A DNA stretch of 64,000 nucleotides from a virus, in the IMG/VR virus record IMGVR_UViG_3300021963_000037, positions 75,481 through 139,480 of that record. One strand, given 5' to 3'. Under the pieces are notes generated by a model that worked only from the letters and a program-made list of their open reading frames with translations, did not search any database and had not been told where the DNA came from. A program made the position numbers and the translations under genes. Positions 26,325-36,541 of the stretch are shown in pieces (the first letter of the stretch is position 1; each line of letters opens with the position of its first letter).

Positions 26325-27520
26325 TGACAATCGAAGAACTACTAAATAAACCTGAAGAGCAACTTACCAGAAACGAGCTTGAAATCTTGGCGACTCATTT
26401 TAAGAATGAGTCTGCCAAGTTTACAGCTTATGAACAAGCCGTTAAAGTAACATTAAACTCTATTTATGGAGCCTTTGGGAACCAGTGGTTCCATTTTTTC
26501 AATATCGATATTGCAGAATCTATCACATTACAAGGACAAAATGCAATCTTATATTCTGCTAAAATTCTAAACAAATATTTCCAAGAATTCTTTATTAAAG
26601 ATAAAGATATTCATCAGAAACTAAACATTAGAGTCAAGAATAGTATTCATAAAGAAGCAGTAATTTATATTGATACAGATTCGAACTATGTTCAGTTTGA
26701 AGAAATGTATGAATCTATTGAATGGCTTGGTGAAAAGATGGATATTGCAACTTTTATTCTAGCAATATACAATCTTAGAATTAAAGAATATATTTCAAAA
26801 TCATTAGATAAGTATGCTCAAAGTAGAAACACAGAAAGTTTCTTACAATTTGAACTAGAATCTATTGCTTATGCCGGAATTTGGATGGCTAAAAAGAAAT
26901 ACATTCAAGATATTGCATGGGAAGATAAGTTAAAAGAACATGAAAGATACCCTTCGCTTAAAAAAGTAAAAGTTATCGGATTTGATTCAATTCAATCATC
27001 AACACCAACTTTTGTTCGTAAAAAATTAACTGAGGCAATTCAAATCTTATTTTCTGAAAAACCAAATGCTGAAACTCTTAGTAAGATGGTTACCTTTCTT
27101 AAGAAAACTAAAAAAGAATTTAAGATGGCAAACATTGATGATATTACATTCAATAAGAGAACAAATAATATTGAAAAATATATTGTTGATGACCATATCG
27201 AATTCCAGTATGGTTCTAAGTGTCCACCTAATGTAAAAGCCGCAGGATTCTACAATTATCTATTGAATAACAATCCAAAGTACAAGAATAAGTACAAATT
27301 AATTGGTAATGGTGAAAAGCTAAGATTGTATCATTGTAACCATAAAACTTGCGAAATGTTCGCATATTTTCCTGGTGACCATCCATACGAAATTGCACCA
27401 CCAATTGATTATGAAGTACAATTTGAAAAGAGTATGATTGATCCATTGAATCGTCTTTTAGAATCAATCGGATTACAAACTCTAAACAGAAACTTAATTT
27501 ACTCGACTTCATTATTTTAA
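26324..27520 (+). CDS. Family B DNA polymerase, C-terminal subunit (gp43B)
   Basis: Motif B QAVKVTLNSIYG, ITLQGQ, motif C YIDTDS, KKKY; ends STSLF. Confidence 0.93.
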   Translation: MTIEELLNKPEEQLTRNELEILATHFKNESAKFTAYEQAVKVTLNSIYGAFGNQWFHFFNIDIAESITLQGQNAILYSAKILNKYFQEFFIKDKDIHQKLNIRVKNSIHKEAVIYIDTDSNYVQFEEMYESIEWLGEKMDIATFILAIYNLRIKEYISKSLDKYAQSRNTESFLQFELESIAYAGIWMAKKKYIQDIAWEDKLKEHERYPSLKKVKVIGFDSIQSSTPTFVRKKLTEAIQILFSEKPNAETLSKMVTFLKKTKKEFKMANIDDITFNKRTNNIEKYIVDDHIEFQYGSKCPPNVKAAGFYNYLLNNNPKYKNKYKLIGNGEKLRLYHCNHKTCEMFAYFPGDHPYEIAPPIDYEVQFEKSMIDPLNRLLESIGLQTLNRNLIYSTSLF

Positions 27521-27526
27521 AATATC

Positions 27527-27679
27527 ATGGAAAACAAAAAAACAATTGAACTCCTTGAGGAATTGACCAAAAATAATCCAAATGATCAGGAACTTGGTAA
27601 AGCAATACGCGCTTTTATTTTAGAATTGCAGAAATCTAAAAAAGAATCAGAAAAATTACAAAATAAGAAAAATGATTGA
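27527..27679 (+). CDS. Small conserved phage protein (PNDxELGxxIR)
   Basis: MENKKTIELLEELTKNNPNDQELGKAIRAFILELQKSKKESEKLQNKKND*; 50 aa, not in ORF track. Confidence 0.7.
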   Translation: MENKKTIELLEELTKNNPNDQELGKAIRAFILELQKSKKESEKLQNKKND

Positions 27680-27875
27680 TACATCAAAACTAAGTCCTGA
27701 ACAATTAGAAGTAATTGAGAAATATAGAGAAATCTACGGTAGAGTAGGTTCTTTAAAAATAAGAATTGAAATGCTAAAACAAGAACTCACTGATTCAATT
27801 AATGAAATCAATGAACTTCGAGTAAAAGAAGCGGACCTTTTTAAAAATATAGAAAACAACATTAACAATGGCTAA
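27672..27875 (+). CDS. Small coiled-coil hypothetical protein
   Basis: Overlapping start/stop with both neighbours. Confidence 0.65.
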   Translation: MIDTSKLSPEQLEVIEKYREIYGRVGSLKIRIEMLKQELTDSINEINELRVKEADLFKNIENNINNG

Positions 27876-28989
27876 AAAACTAACATCATTCACGTTTGAC
27901 GATATCAACGCTGAATTATCAGAATTAAACCCACTAGGATCCATTATGGAAACTTCAGATTTCTCTGAAGTAACTGAATGGCTAGATACTGGAAACTTTC
28001 ATTTAAATGCATGCGTATCTGGTAGTCTTTTTGGTGGATGGCCGAATAACCGATCTTGTTCAGTAGCAGGACCTTCAGGAACTGGTAAAACATTCTTGAT
28101 GTTGAATACTGTACGAGAAGCAATCAACATGGGTTACAGCGTGATTTATTATGACTCTGAGGCAGCAGTTGATAAAGATCTAATGAAGAAATTTAACATT
28201 GATACGACGAAAGTCAGTTATCAACCAGTTAATACAGTGCAGGAGTTTAGAACTTCAGTAACTTCAATCACTAAGAAAATGCAAGAAGCTAAACGAGGTG
28301 GAGCTGAAATTCCAAAAGTTATGATCGTTTTAGACTCTGCTGGTAACTTAGCAACTCAAAAAGAAATCGAAGATGCAGCATCAGGATCTGATAAAGCAGA
28401 TATGACTCGTTCTAAAGTATTAAAATCAATCTTTAGAATTATCATGACTCCAATGGCTGATTTAAAGATTCCTTTCCTATTTACAAACCACACTTACCAA
28501 TCTCAGTCATTTATACCTCAACAAATTGCAGGTGGTGGAACTGGACCTGAGTATGCAGCATCTATTGTGTTAATGTTAAATAAAGCACAATTAAAAGATG
28601 GAGCAGAAAAAGTTGGTATTATTGTAACTGCAAAACCTGCTAAGAATCGTTTTGCCAAACCAACCGCAATTAAATTCCATTTAGATTTTACTAAAGGAAT
28701 GAATCGTTATGTTGGATTAGAGCAATATGCTACTTGGGATATTTGTGGAGTAACAAGAGGAATTATCGATCCTAAGACTAAAGAGAAAATCAAGAAAGAT
28801 ACCGCTAAAACTTGGATTTGCGAACATTTAGATGAAGCAGTTCCAAACAAAGAGTTCTTTACTGAAAAAGTATTTAATCAACAGGTTCTAGAAAGAATTG
28901 AGAAACATATACAACCATTATTTAATTACAACACATCTGGAGATGACGCAGGATTCGACATTGATGATGTTATAGATTCAGAAGATTAA
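27868..28989 (+). CDS. uvsX: RecA-like recombinase UvsX
   Basis: DTG..LN, GPSGTGKT, YDSE, LDS, NHTY, GGG. Confidence 0.93.
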   Translation: MAKKLTSFTFDDINAELSELNPLGSIMETSDFSEVTEWLDTGNFHLNACVSGSLFGGWPNNRSCSVAGPSGTGKTFLMLNTVREAINMGYSVIYYDSEAAVDKDLMKKFNIDTTKVSYQPVNTVQEFRTSVTSITKKMQEAKRGGAEIPKVMIVLDSAGNLATQKEIEDAASGSDKADMTRSKVLKSIFRIIMTPMADLKIPFLFTNHTYQSQSFIPQQIAGGGTGPEYAASIVLMLNKAQLKDGAEKVGIIVTAKPAKNRFAKPTAIKFHLDFTKGMNRYVGLEQYATWDICGVTRGIIDPKTKEKIKKDTAKTWICEHLDEAVPNKEFFTEKVFNQQVLERIEKHIQPLFNYNTSGDDAGFDIDDVIDSED

Positions 28990-28990
28990 T

Positions 28991-29302
28991 ATGCAACCAA
29001 ATGTCTACAAAATAGAGGAAGACAAGTTGCCAATCAAATATATCTTAGGAATTGAACAAGAATTTCCAGATTTCCCAGATGCTTTTGACATTGTCTATGC
29101 TTTTATAAACCGTGCGATCAGAAATCCTGATCGACACGGTGCATCTTTTACCAAGGCAGCATTGATAAATTATCATGCAAAAGGTAAAGAAGAACAATCT
29201 GAAAGAGGATTGAAACATGCAATCGAATTAGGACTTATTGATTGCACTTGTGAAACAGAAGGCAAAGAGTCTTATACAATACTTATAAACCCATTCATAT
29301 GA
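28991..29302 (+). CDS. Hypothetical protein (possible winged helix)
   Basis: ORF packed between uvsX and helicase. Confidence 0.6.
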   Translation: MQPNVYKIEEDKLPIKYILGIEQEFPDFPDAFDIVYAFINRAIRNPDRHGASFTKAALINYHAKGKEEQSERGLKHAIELGLIDCTCETEGKESYTILINPFI

Positions 29303-30606
29303 ATTTCGGACAAGATTTTGAAAAAATATTCTTTAAGCTAGCGCTATCCAAGCCAAAGTATTTAGAAGCAATTAAAAAAGGATTCTATACTTCGGAAGAT
29401 ATTGACAGCTTACACTATCTTGCCAGCAAATTTTATGACAAATTTCATGAAGCTCCAAGTGCTGAGCAAATGAAATTATTAACTCAGAAGATTACAAAGA
29501 AAATCGATCCAGATATGGTCGATATGATTTATGATTCTGATTTAAAACAATATGACGAAGAATGGTTAACATCTACTGCAGAAGCATGGATTAAATGGAG
29601 AAACTTCGATACAACTTTAGTTGATACAATCGAATACATTAAATCTACCAATGTTACTCCAGAAAATGCAGATCAAATCATTTCTAAAGTTAAAACATTA
29701 ATCAATGATAGAAACTCATTAGTATTTAATTCTGATATTGGATTAGATTTCTTTAATCCAGAGCATCACCAATATAACGAGTCTTCTAAGTTTCCAACAC
29801 CTTATGTTTTCTTAGACCGAATTCTTGGTGGTGGTTATGATAAATCTGGTACTTTAACAGTTTATGTTGGAGAACAAAACATTGGTAAATCTATTTTCTT
29901 AGCAAATGACGCAGCTCACTTTGTTAAAATGGGTACAAATACAGCAGTAATTACTGCAGAGATGGCAGCTTACAAATTCATGCGAAGAATTGGTTCTAAT
30001 TTATTAACAATTCCAATGAATGAATATGATGAAAAAGCAAAAGCAACTGATTATATTCGTAGAAGATTAGAAACTGTAGGAGATGGATTAACTCCTCCTG
30101 GTCAGTTATTTGTAAAGCAATTTCCAACATCTCAAGCAACTGTTCCAGATATCGAAGCTTATTTAAAGCAAATCGAAGAAGAACGTAAAATTAAATTAGG
30201 TGCAGTTGTAATTGACTACATCAACATTTTATCAAACTACAGAAATCCAAACTCTGAAAATACATACTTAAAGATTAAGCAAATTGCTGAAGATTTAAGA
30301 GCAATGGGAGTTAGAAATAATTGGTTAATTGTAACAGCAACTCAGATTACAAGAAGTGGTTATAATTCTACCGACATCGGAATGGGAGATGTATCAGAAT
30401 CTGCTGGTCTTTCTCATACTGCCGATGTTATGTTAGGTATTATTCAAGATGATTTAATGAGAGCAAGTTACGAATACTGGCTTAAAGTATTAAAAATTCG
30501 TGATGGAGAAGGAAAAGGTATGAAATGTAAATTGAATATCAATTATACTTATATGCGTTTAACCGAAACAGATGAAACAACAAACTCAAACATACACTCA
30601 ATATGA
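29299..30606 (+). CDS. Replicative DnaB-like helicase (gp41)
   Basis: GEQNIGKS, TAEM, VIDYINI, IAEDLR, TATQ..R, SESAGL. Confidence 0.93.
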   Translation: MNFGQDFEKIFFKLALSKPKYLEAIKKGFYTSEDIDSLHYLASKFYDKFHEAPSAEQMKLLTQKITKKIDPDMVDMIYDSDLKQYDEEWLTSTAEAWIKWRNFDTTLVDTIEYIKSTNVTPENADQIISKVKTLINDRNSLVFNSDIGLDFFNPEHHQYNESSKFPTPYVFLDRILGGGYDKSGTLTVYVGEQNIGKSIFLANDAAHFVKMGTNTAVITAEMAAYKFMRRIGSNLLTIPMNEYDEKAKATDYIRRRLETVGDGLTPPGQLFVKQFPTSQATVPDIEAYLKQIEEERKIKLGAVVIDYINILSNYRNPNSENTYLKIKQIAEDLRAMGVRNNWLIVTATQITRSGYNSTDIGMGDVSESAGLSHTADVMLGIIQDDLMRASYEYWLKVLKIRDGEGKGMKCKLNINYTYMRLTETDETTNSNIHSI

Positions 30607-31046
30607 TGCAAAAAGTAGATAAAATATTCAATAATACTTTTGAAAGTTCTGAGTTTGAACTTAATGGTTCGATCTCCTTCGAGGTTTCAAAGCAGTATTC
30701 TGATGATAGATCTGAAGATGAGAAAATAGAATTAGAAATGATTCGTAGAGACATTCACTCAGCTATTTTAAATTCAAGATTCAAGCACTTCAACGATTTA
30801 GATGATATGCATGATACTAAAAAATTAAAAAAGATTGACATTAATGAAGTTTACGAATTTATCGTTGGTGAACTAGTTAAAAAATATTCATTGATTGAAT
30901 TATTTAGCGAAACATGCGAATACTTTAATGTCCATCCTACTAAGTTCTATTCATCACTTGGAAATAAATTTAAAGAAGATTTAATCCAAGAACTTGATAT
31001 AAGAACTAATATTTTAAAAAGAAAAAAGATAAACCGTTTGTTCTAA
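30603..31046 (+). CDS. Probable late-transcription coactivator (gp33-like)
   Basis: C-half YSLIE...CEYFNV...LGNKFKEDL..E...NIL resembles gp33 core; ends INRLF. Confidence 0.5.
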   Translation: MMQKVDKIFNNTFESSEFELNGSISFEVSKQYSDDRSEDEKIELEMIRRDIHSAILNSRFKHFNDLDDMHDTKKLKKIDINEVYEFIVGELVKKYSLIELFSETCEYFNVHPTKFYSSLGNKFKEDLIQELDIRTNILKRKKINRLF

Positions 31047-32161
31047 TGATCGATGAAAAAACACTAAAACAACCTGTAAAAAGAATTTGGATTCTTGGTG
31101 ATATGCACTTAGGAGTCAGAGCAAATTCTGTGGAATGGCTAGAAATACAACAAGAATATTATGATAATGTTTTTGTTCCAACATTGAAAGCAAATTATCA
31201 AGAAGGAGATGTTCTAGTACAAGTTGGAGATGTGTTTGATAATAGACAAAGTATCAATTTAAAAGTTCTGCATTATGCAGTAGATTTATTTGAACGCCTT
31301 GGTAAAATTATGCCAACTCACGTTATCTGCGGAAATCATGATATTTGGGCTAAAAAGTCAAATGATGTTACTTCAATTGATACTCTTAAATGGATCCCAA
31401 ATGTTGGTATCTATAAGAAATGTAAAACCTTTAATTGGGGTGGAAAGAATATCCTATTGATGCCATGGAGACGCGATGCAAACCATGAAGCAGAAACCCT
31501 AGCTAAGTATTCTAAAATAGACATAGTGTTCTGTCACTCTGAAGTTACCGGAATTAAACTAAATGCTAAGGTTAATAATCAACATGGTAATTCAATTGAA
31601 ACCTACAGTGGTTATACGGCTGTCTATTCTGGACATATTCATTACCGACAAAAGAAGGGTAAATTAAGAATGGTCGGTACTCCATACCAGTTGACTAGAT
31701 CAGATTCAAACAATCCTAAAGGATTTGATTTGGTTGATTTAGCAACAATGGACGAAACATTCTTTGAAAATCAAACCTCACCAAAGTTTGTTAAATATAA
31801 TTTAGCAAATCTTTATAATACTCCATTAGGAGACTTTAAGAAAGAAATTGAAAATAATTTTGTGGATCTATATGTTCCAGCTAAAATTGCATCTTCAAAT
31901 GCTCTTTCTAAATTAATTAATAAAATTCAAAAAATTAGTCGAAAGATCGAACCAAATATTTACGATGAAGAGAACTTCTTAGATAAAGATTTCTACGACC
32001 TAGACGAAATTGAGGACTTGTACAAAAATTATAACATTCTGCACCTATGTAATTTGTATGTTGATGGATTAAACCATGACGATGAAATGAAACAACAGAT
32101 CAAAAGTAGACTAAAACAATTACATGACCAATGTGCATATAACTACGATATCGAACAATGA
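31046..32161 (+). CDS. Mre11/SbcD-like nuclease (gp47)
   Basis: GDMHLG, GDVFDNR, GNHD, SGHIH. Confidence 0.93.
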   Translation: MIDEKTLKQPVKRIWILGDMHLGVRANSVEWLEIQQEYYDNVFVPTLKANYQEGDVLVQVGDVFDNRQSINLKVLHYAVDLFERLGKIMPTHVICGNHDIWAKKSNDVTSIDTLKWIPNVGIYKKCKTFNWGGKNILLMPWRRDANHEAETLAKYSKIDIVFCHSEVTGIKLNAKVNNQHGNSIETYSGYTAVYSGHIHYRQKKGKLRMVGTPYQLTRSDSNNPKGFDLVDLATMDETFFENQTSPKFVKYNLANLYNTPLGDFKKEIENNFVDLYVPAKIASSNALSKLINKIQKISRKIEPNIYDEENFLDKDFYDLDEIEDLYKNYNILHLCNLYVDGLNHDDEMKQQIKSRLKQLHDQCAYNYDIEQ

Positions 32162-33831
32162 AAATAAAATCAATCGAATTCAAGAACTTCGCAAGTTACG
32201 GTAATAAAGTACAAAAACTAATCCTACCCGAAGATTCTTCTGAATTATACTTAACAACTGGTAAAAATGGCGACGGTAAAACTACTGTCGCTAACGCTAT
32301 TATATACGCATTGTATGGTAAATTAGAAGGAATTAAATTAGCTGACTTGCCAAACAGAATTAATAAGAATCTTTGGGTTCGAATTGTTATTCAATGTAAA
32401 AATATCGAAGTAATTGTTGAACGTGGTCTAGCACCTGCAATATTTACAGTTTCTCTTAATGGAGTTGAGTATGATAAAGCCGGTAAAAGATCGGTACAAG
32501 ATTACTTAGAAGAGGAAGTTTACGGCATACCATACCATGTGTTTAAGAACATTATCATTTTGTCTGTGAATGATTTTAAATCATTTTTGACAATGACACC
32601 TGGTGATAAGAAACAGATCATCGATAAAATGTTTGGATTCTCTATCTTAAATGATATGCAACGCGCTATTAAAGAAGAAAGAAAAAACATTAAGAGCGAT
32701 CTAGATGCCTTTGAAAGAGAACTAAAACAAATTAGCGAGAATGTTATCTCAGTTCAAGTTAAATTAAATCAACTATTAGAAGAATCTGATCAAAAAAGTA
32801 AAGATAAAATTGAAGAGTTGAAAGCATCATTAATTAATATGAATGATGACAAAAAGAAACTTGAAGAGGCTATTGGTAAAATTAAGAAATCAATAGGTAC
32901 TAAAGCAACAGATTTAGATACATCAAAATCGTCATACTCAAAATTAAAATATGAGTATGAAGAGCTTCAAAGAAAATTAAAGTTGTATGAGAAAAATGCA
33001 TGTCCAACATGTGAAGCTCCTTTATCAACTGAATTTCATATTGAAAGAAAGAATGAAATTGAACATAAATGTACTGGCATTCCTGATCAAATGAAAGTCC
33101 ATGAAAATGAGATTAGAGATATTGGTGAAGAGATTACGGGTTTGAGAGCTAAAGAACGACAAGTTTTAGATCGAGTTTCTGGTATGAATGTTTCAATTGA
33201 GTCTCTAAAAGCAGAGTTACTTAAAATTAAAAGTAGCCTTAGCGATAATAAAGAATTCGACCATTTAAAACAAATCATTCAAGATTTTGAAGATAAAGAA
33301 GCCGAAAAAGATTCTCAAAAAGCAACATTAAATTCGGATTACAATTTCTTAGAAGCAATTGAATCAGTATTAGGCGAAGATGGTGTTAAAAACCTTGCAG
33401 TTAAAACAATTCTGCCAGGTTTAAATGCAAATATTGCAGCTATGGCAGCAACAATGCACTTACCATTCCATATTCGTTTTGATGAGAAATTTGATTGTAT
33501 TATTAATCATTTAGGAGAGAATATCAATCCAATGACTCTTTCGACTGGAGAGAGAAAGAAAGCAGATTTTATCGTAATTATTGCAATTATCAAGATTCTT
33601 AAATTAAGATTCCCTCAATTAAACTTATTATTTTTAGATGAGTTATTAAGTTCTGTCGATCAAGATGGTATTTATAATATCCTAAAAATCTTGAGTCAGG
33701 TTATTAAAGAGAGTAAAATTAATACGTTTGTAATTAATCACACTGTCCTACCTCACGAAATGTTTGATAAAAAAATACACATATATAAAGAAAACGGGTT
33801 CTCAAGATTTGATATTGAGTCCATCGAATAA
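32158..33831 (+). CDS. Rad50/SbcC-like ATPase (gp46)
   Basis: FKNF.SYGN, GKNGDGKTT, CPTC hook, LSTGE, LFLDE. Confidence 0.93.
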   Translation: MKIKSIEFKNFASYGNKVQKLILPEDSSELYLTTGKNGDGKTTVANAIIYALYGKLEGIKLADLPNRINKNLWVRIVIQCKNIEVIVERGLAPAIFTVSLNGVEYDKAGKRSVQDYLEEEVYGIPYHVFKNIIILSVNDFKSFLTMTPGDKKQIIDKMFGFSILNDMQRAIKEERKNIKSDLDAFERELKQISENVISVQVKLNQLLEESDQKSKDKIEELKASLINMNDDKKKLEEAIGKIKKSIGTKATDLDTSKSSYSKLKYEYEELQRKLKLYEKNACPTCEAPLSTEFHIERKNEIEHKCTGIPDQMKVHENEIRDIGEEITGLRAKERQVLDRVSGMNVSIESLKAELLKIKSSLSDNKEFDHLKQIIQDFEDKEAEKDSQKATLNSDYNFLEAIESVLGEDGVKNLAVKTILPGLNANIAAMAATMHLPFHIRFDEKFDCIINHLGENINPMTLSTGERKKADFIVIIAIIKILKLRFPQLNLLFLDELLSSVDQDGIYNILKILSQVIKESKINTFVINHTVLPHEMFDKKIHIYKENGFSRFDIESIE

Positions 33832-33841
33832 TATATAGAAT

Positions 33842-34732
33842 ATGGCATCATATAACGTAAAATACAATTCTGACGATTCAGTTATCCGACATCTTATTAT
33901 CGGATTCTTGGCTGATTTAAATAACAAAGTTTATTTTTACCGTCAATTAGAAGAGAATAAAAGAGCAGTAATTGATGTTCCTTTTTATTACTCAGTAACC
34001 GGAGACGATGATTTCCTAAGGGATAATTTCTTATTTAGTACAGCAGTCGGTCCTGATTGTGTACCAAATAAAGCTTATGCTGATGGGAACTATGAGACAA
34101 TTCCAAGAGGAGTTGCCAATTTAGAATCTATTCAAATTGATTCAGCTAAATTGGTTAATCGTCGAAACAGAGGAGCATATACTCGTTTAGATGAGAACGG
34201 TTCAATGCAAGGATATACTGCTGAATTTGAAATGATTCCAATTACAATGTCATTTGCTGTTGAAATTTTAGTATCATCTCAACTAGATGCATTAAAGATT
34301 ACAGAAATGCTAATCAAAAAGATGTACAAATCCAACTATTATTATACAGAAGTTGGACACCTTAATGAGGGTACATATAAAATAGCAGCATACTATGCAA
34401 TGCCAGATGATTATAGCCCAGAAAGACCAATCGAATATACTTTTGAAAGTAAGGGTAAATATAAAATTGCATTAACTTTAGAAGTGAATTCGTTCTTACC
34501 AGCCTTTGATTTAGGAGATGGATATGATTTAACAGATGTTTTAGGACTTGATTCAGATGGTTCTATAAATGGACCGAATAGCGTTACAGGTAGAAGACCA
34601 AGATCTGAAGGAAATACTGAAATGCACGTTGGTAACCGAATGTTTGAAATCAGATCAACGGTTGTAACGGAAGACCCTGCTGAATTTAAAAGAGGATTTA
34701 TGAATAGTGATGATGTTAATATTATCAATTAG
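33842..34732 (+). CDS. Tail terminator/sheath stabilizer (gp15-like)
   Basis: IR..I..F...N, VPFYY, PR, PITMSFAVEI...DALKITE; AATATATA box at 33830-33837. Confidence 0.7.
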   Translation: MASYNVKYNSDDSVIRHLIIGFLADLNNKVYFYRQLEENKRAVIDVPFYYSVTGDDDFLRDNFLFSTAVGPDCVPNKAYADGNYETIPRGVANLESIQIDSAKLVNRRNRGAYTRLDENGSMQGYTAEFEMIPITMSFAVEILVSSQLDALKITEMLIKKMYKSNYYYTEVGHLNEGTYKIAAYYAMPDDYSPERPIEYTFESKGKYKIALTLEVNSFLPAFDLGDGYDLTDVLGLDSDGSINGPNSVTGRRPRSEGNTEMHVGNRMFEIRSTVVTEDPAEFKRGFMNSDDVNIIN

Positions 34733-34735
34733 AAC

Positions 34736-34757
34736 GATATATAGAACTAGATATATA
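34736..34757 (+). promoter_or_regulatory. Tandem putative late promoters GATATATA x2
   Basis: 34736-34743 and 34750-34757. Confidence 0.65.
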
Positions 34758-34782
34758 ATAAAAGAAAAAAACCAGAGTAAAA

Positions 34783-35547
34783 ATGACTAAAAACATTCTG
34801 TCTCCAATTAATCAAACCGAAAACGGAGTTCAATTCTATTTGAATGGACGCGTATTTGAGATGGTTGGTTCTGAAATAAAAGAATTAGAACATAACCAAA
34901 TTACGCCTGAATTTGGCAACAAAATCAGAGCTATTCAATCTTTCTCATTTACTAATGAGAATGTTAAATGGTACTACGGTGCTGCAAGATTTAACTACAA
35001 TATTGCCGAAGGTAAATTTACTTGGGGTAACTCAGAAATTTTATCTGAATCATTTGTTAATCATGTTGTTTCTGCCGGAGTTGTTAAATATGAGCACAAA
35101 ATTACTGCTGAATTATTTGAAAGTGTACCATCAATGTTAGATTCTATCATTCAATTAGATTTCGTATCTTGTTTTGAAGGAAATAACAACTCAGTAGATT
35201 TAATGAAAGTTGAAAATAATATTTTCGTTTCTAGATTTAATTCTGAAAATAAAATTGCTAAATTCTTTAAAGCTGAAAATGCAACTTCTGCATTAGAGTA
35301 TGTTAAAGAACAAACTGGTCAAGATGCATCAGCTTTCTTAGTAGAATTCTTAGAGGTTGAAGCAGTAGAAATTGCAGAAAAAGCAAAAACTATTATGGCT
35401 TACGAATCTACAATTGTATTCTTAAAAGAGCAAAGAGAATTATTGGCAAATGCTGATAAAAAGAATCCAGAAATCAAAGCTGCTGATAAATTAATCAGCG
35501 AAGAGATTAAAGGTTGGGAAGCTAAAATTGTTGAGCTAAACGCATAA
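34783..35547 (+). CDS. Hypothetical late/virion protein
   Basis: Double late box upstream, terminator downstream. Confidence 0.6.
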   Translation: MTKNILSPINQTENGVQFYLNGRVFEMVGSEIKELEHNQITPEFGNKIRAIQSFSFTNENVKWYYGAARFNYNIAEGKFTWGNSEILSESFVNHVVSAGVVKYEHKITAELFESVPSMLDSIIQLDFVSCFEGNNNSVDLMKVENNIFVSRFNSENKIAKFFKAENATSALEYVKEQTGQDASAFLVEFLEVEAVEIAEKAKTIMAYESTIVFLKEQRELLANADKKNPEIKAADKLISEEIKGWEAKIVELNA

Positions 35548-35572
35548 TTTTAATTACACTACATAAAAATTG

Positions 35573-35600
35573 AAAGGGGTCGCAAAGCGTCCCCTTTTTT
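35573..35600 (+). terminator. Intrinsic terminator
   Basis: AAAGGGGTCGC-AAA-GCGTCCCCTTT followed by T run. Confidence 0.75.
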
Positions 35601-35607
35601 GAGTTAA

Positions 35608-35634
35608 TAAACAAATCTATTATCGGCTATATAA
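35608..35634 (+). promoter_or_regulatory. Putative middle promoter TAAAC-N17-TATAA (late sigma gene)
   Basis: 17-nt spacer motif. Confidence 0.65.
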
Positions 35635-35657
35635 TACCTAAAAATACAGAAAATATC

Positions 35658-36056
35658 GTGGCTGAAAGAAAACCCAGAGCAAATAAAAACTATTTAAATA
35701 ATAGAGATTTTTATACAGCAATATGCGAATCTAAAGATCAGGATAAACTGACAAGAGACGCTGAAAAAATGCTAATCTTGTTAGCAGAAAAAGCAATTAA
35801 TAGATTACGATTTGTTAATGATGATGATCGAGCAGATTGTTTACAATTTGCAATTTTAGATCTATTAAAGTATTGGAGAAATTTCAATCCAAAATACACA
35901 AATGCTTTCGCATATTTTACCGAAATAGCCAAAAGAGGTTATGCAAAAGGATGGAATAAACTACATCCTTTAAAGTACAAAGGTACCATCTCATTAGACA
36001 GAACCGGTAATGGTGATAGCGACGGAGAAGGTGGCGGCGGAATATATAGTATCTAA
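35658..36056 (+). CDS. Late-transcription sigma factor (gp55-like, short)
   Basis: NYLNNRDF, NFNP...NAFAYFTEIA; GTG start. Confidence 0.88.
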   Translation: MAERKPRANKNYLNNRDFYTAICESKDQDKLTRDAEKMLILLAEKAINRLRFVNDDDRADCLQFAILDLLKYWRNFNPKYTNAFAYFTEIAKRGYAKGWNKLHPLKYKGTISLDRTGNGDSDGEGGGGIYSI

Positions 36057-36541
36057 TGTCAATAAAGAAAGTCAAACCAAGCAAGAATTCAGGATTTGTT
36101 CAAGGATATTATCAGCCCGAGAATCAAAGTAAATATGTTGGACAATCACCGGTAATTTTCCGTTCCTCATGGGAGCGGAAATTCATGATTTGGTGCGATC
36201 GAAATGAAAAAGTTATTTATTGGTCAAGCGAACCAGTAGAGATTAAATACTTCTGGAGATTGGATGGTAGAGAACACAAATACAATCCAGACTTTTTTAT
36301 TAGAGTTCTACAAGATGACGGTAAAACCAAAGACATTCTTATAGAAATTAAACCAGAAGATCAGCTTAAAAAACCACTTCCCCCAAAGAAAAATTCGACT
36401 AAGTCACTTAATAGTTATAAGTACATGGTCGAGCAGTACACTAAAAATTTGGATAAATATATAGCAGCCAAATCATACTGTTCCAATCGAAATTGGAATT
36501 TTCAAATCTTAACAGAAAAGACAATTAATGGGTTACATTAA
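36056..36541 (+). CDS. Head completion nuclease (gp4-like, TnsA fold)
   Basis: QGYY.P.N..KY.G, RSSWE, WSSE, YNPDF, IEIKP, ILTE. Confidence 0.9.
   Translation: MSIKKVKPSKNSGFVQGYYQPENQSKYVGQSPVIFRSSWERKFMIWCDRNEKVIYWSSEPVEIKYFWRLDGREHKYNPDFFIRVLQDDGKTKDILIEIKPEDQLKKPLPPKKNSTKSLNSYKYMVEQYTKNLDKYIAAKSYCSNRNWNFQILTEKTINGLH

Noticed and set aside
30595-36056. Shared I(H/Y)SI C-terminus of helicase and gp55
   Set aside because: Only two instances of a 4-residue pattern; insufficient to call a docking motif
36056-36541. TnsA-like transposase suggesting a Tn7 element
   Set aside because: Context between gp55 and gp2 identifies it as the gp4 head completion protein; no other transposon genes or ends
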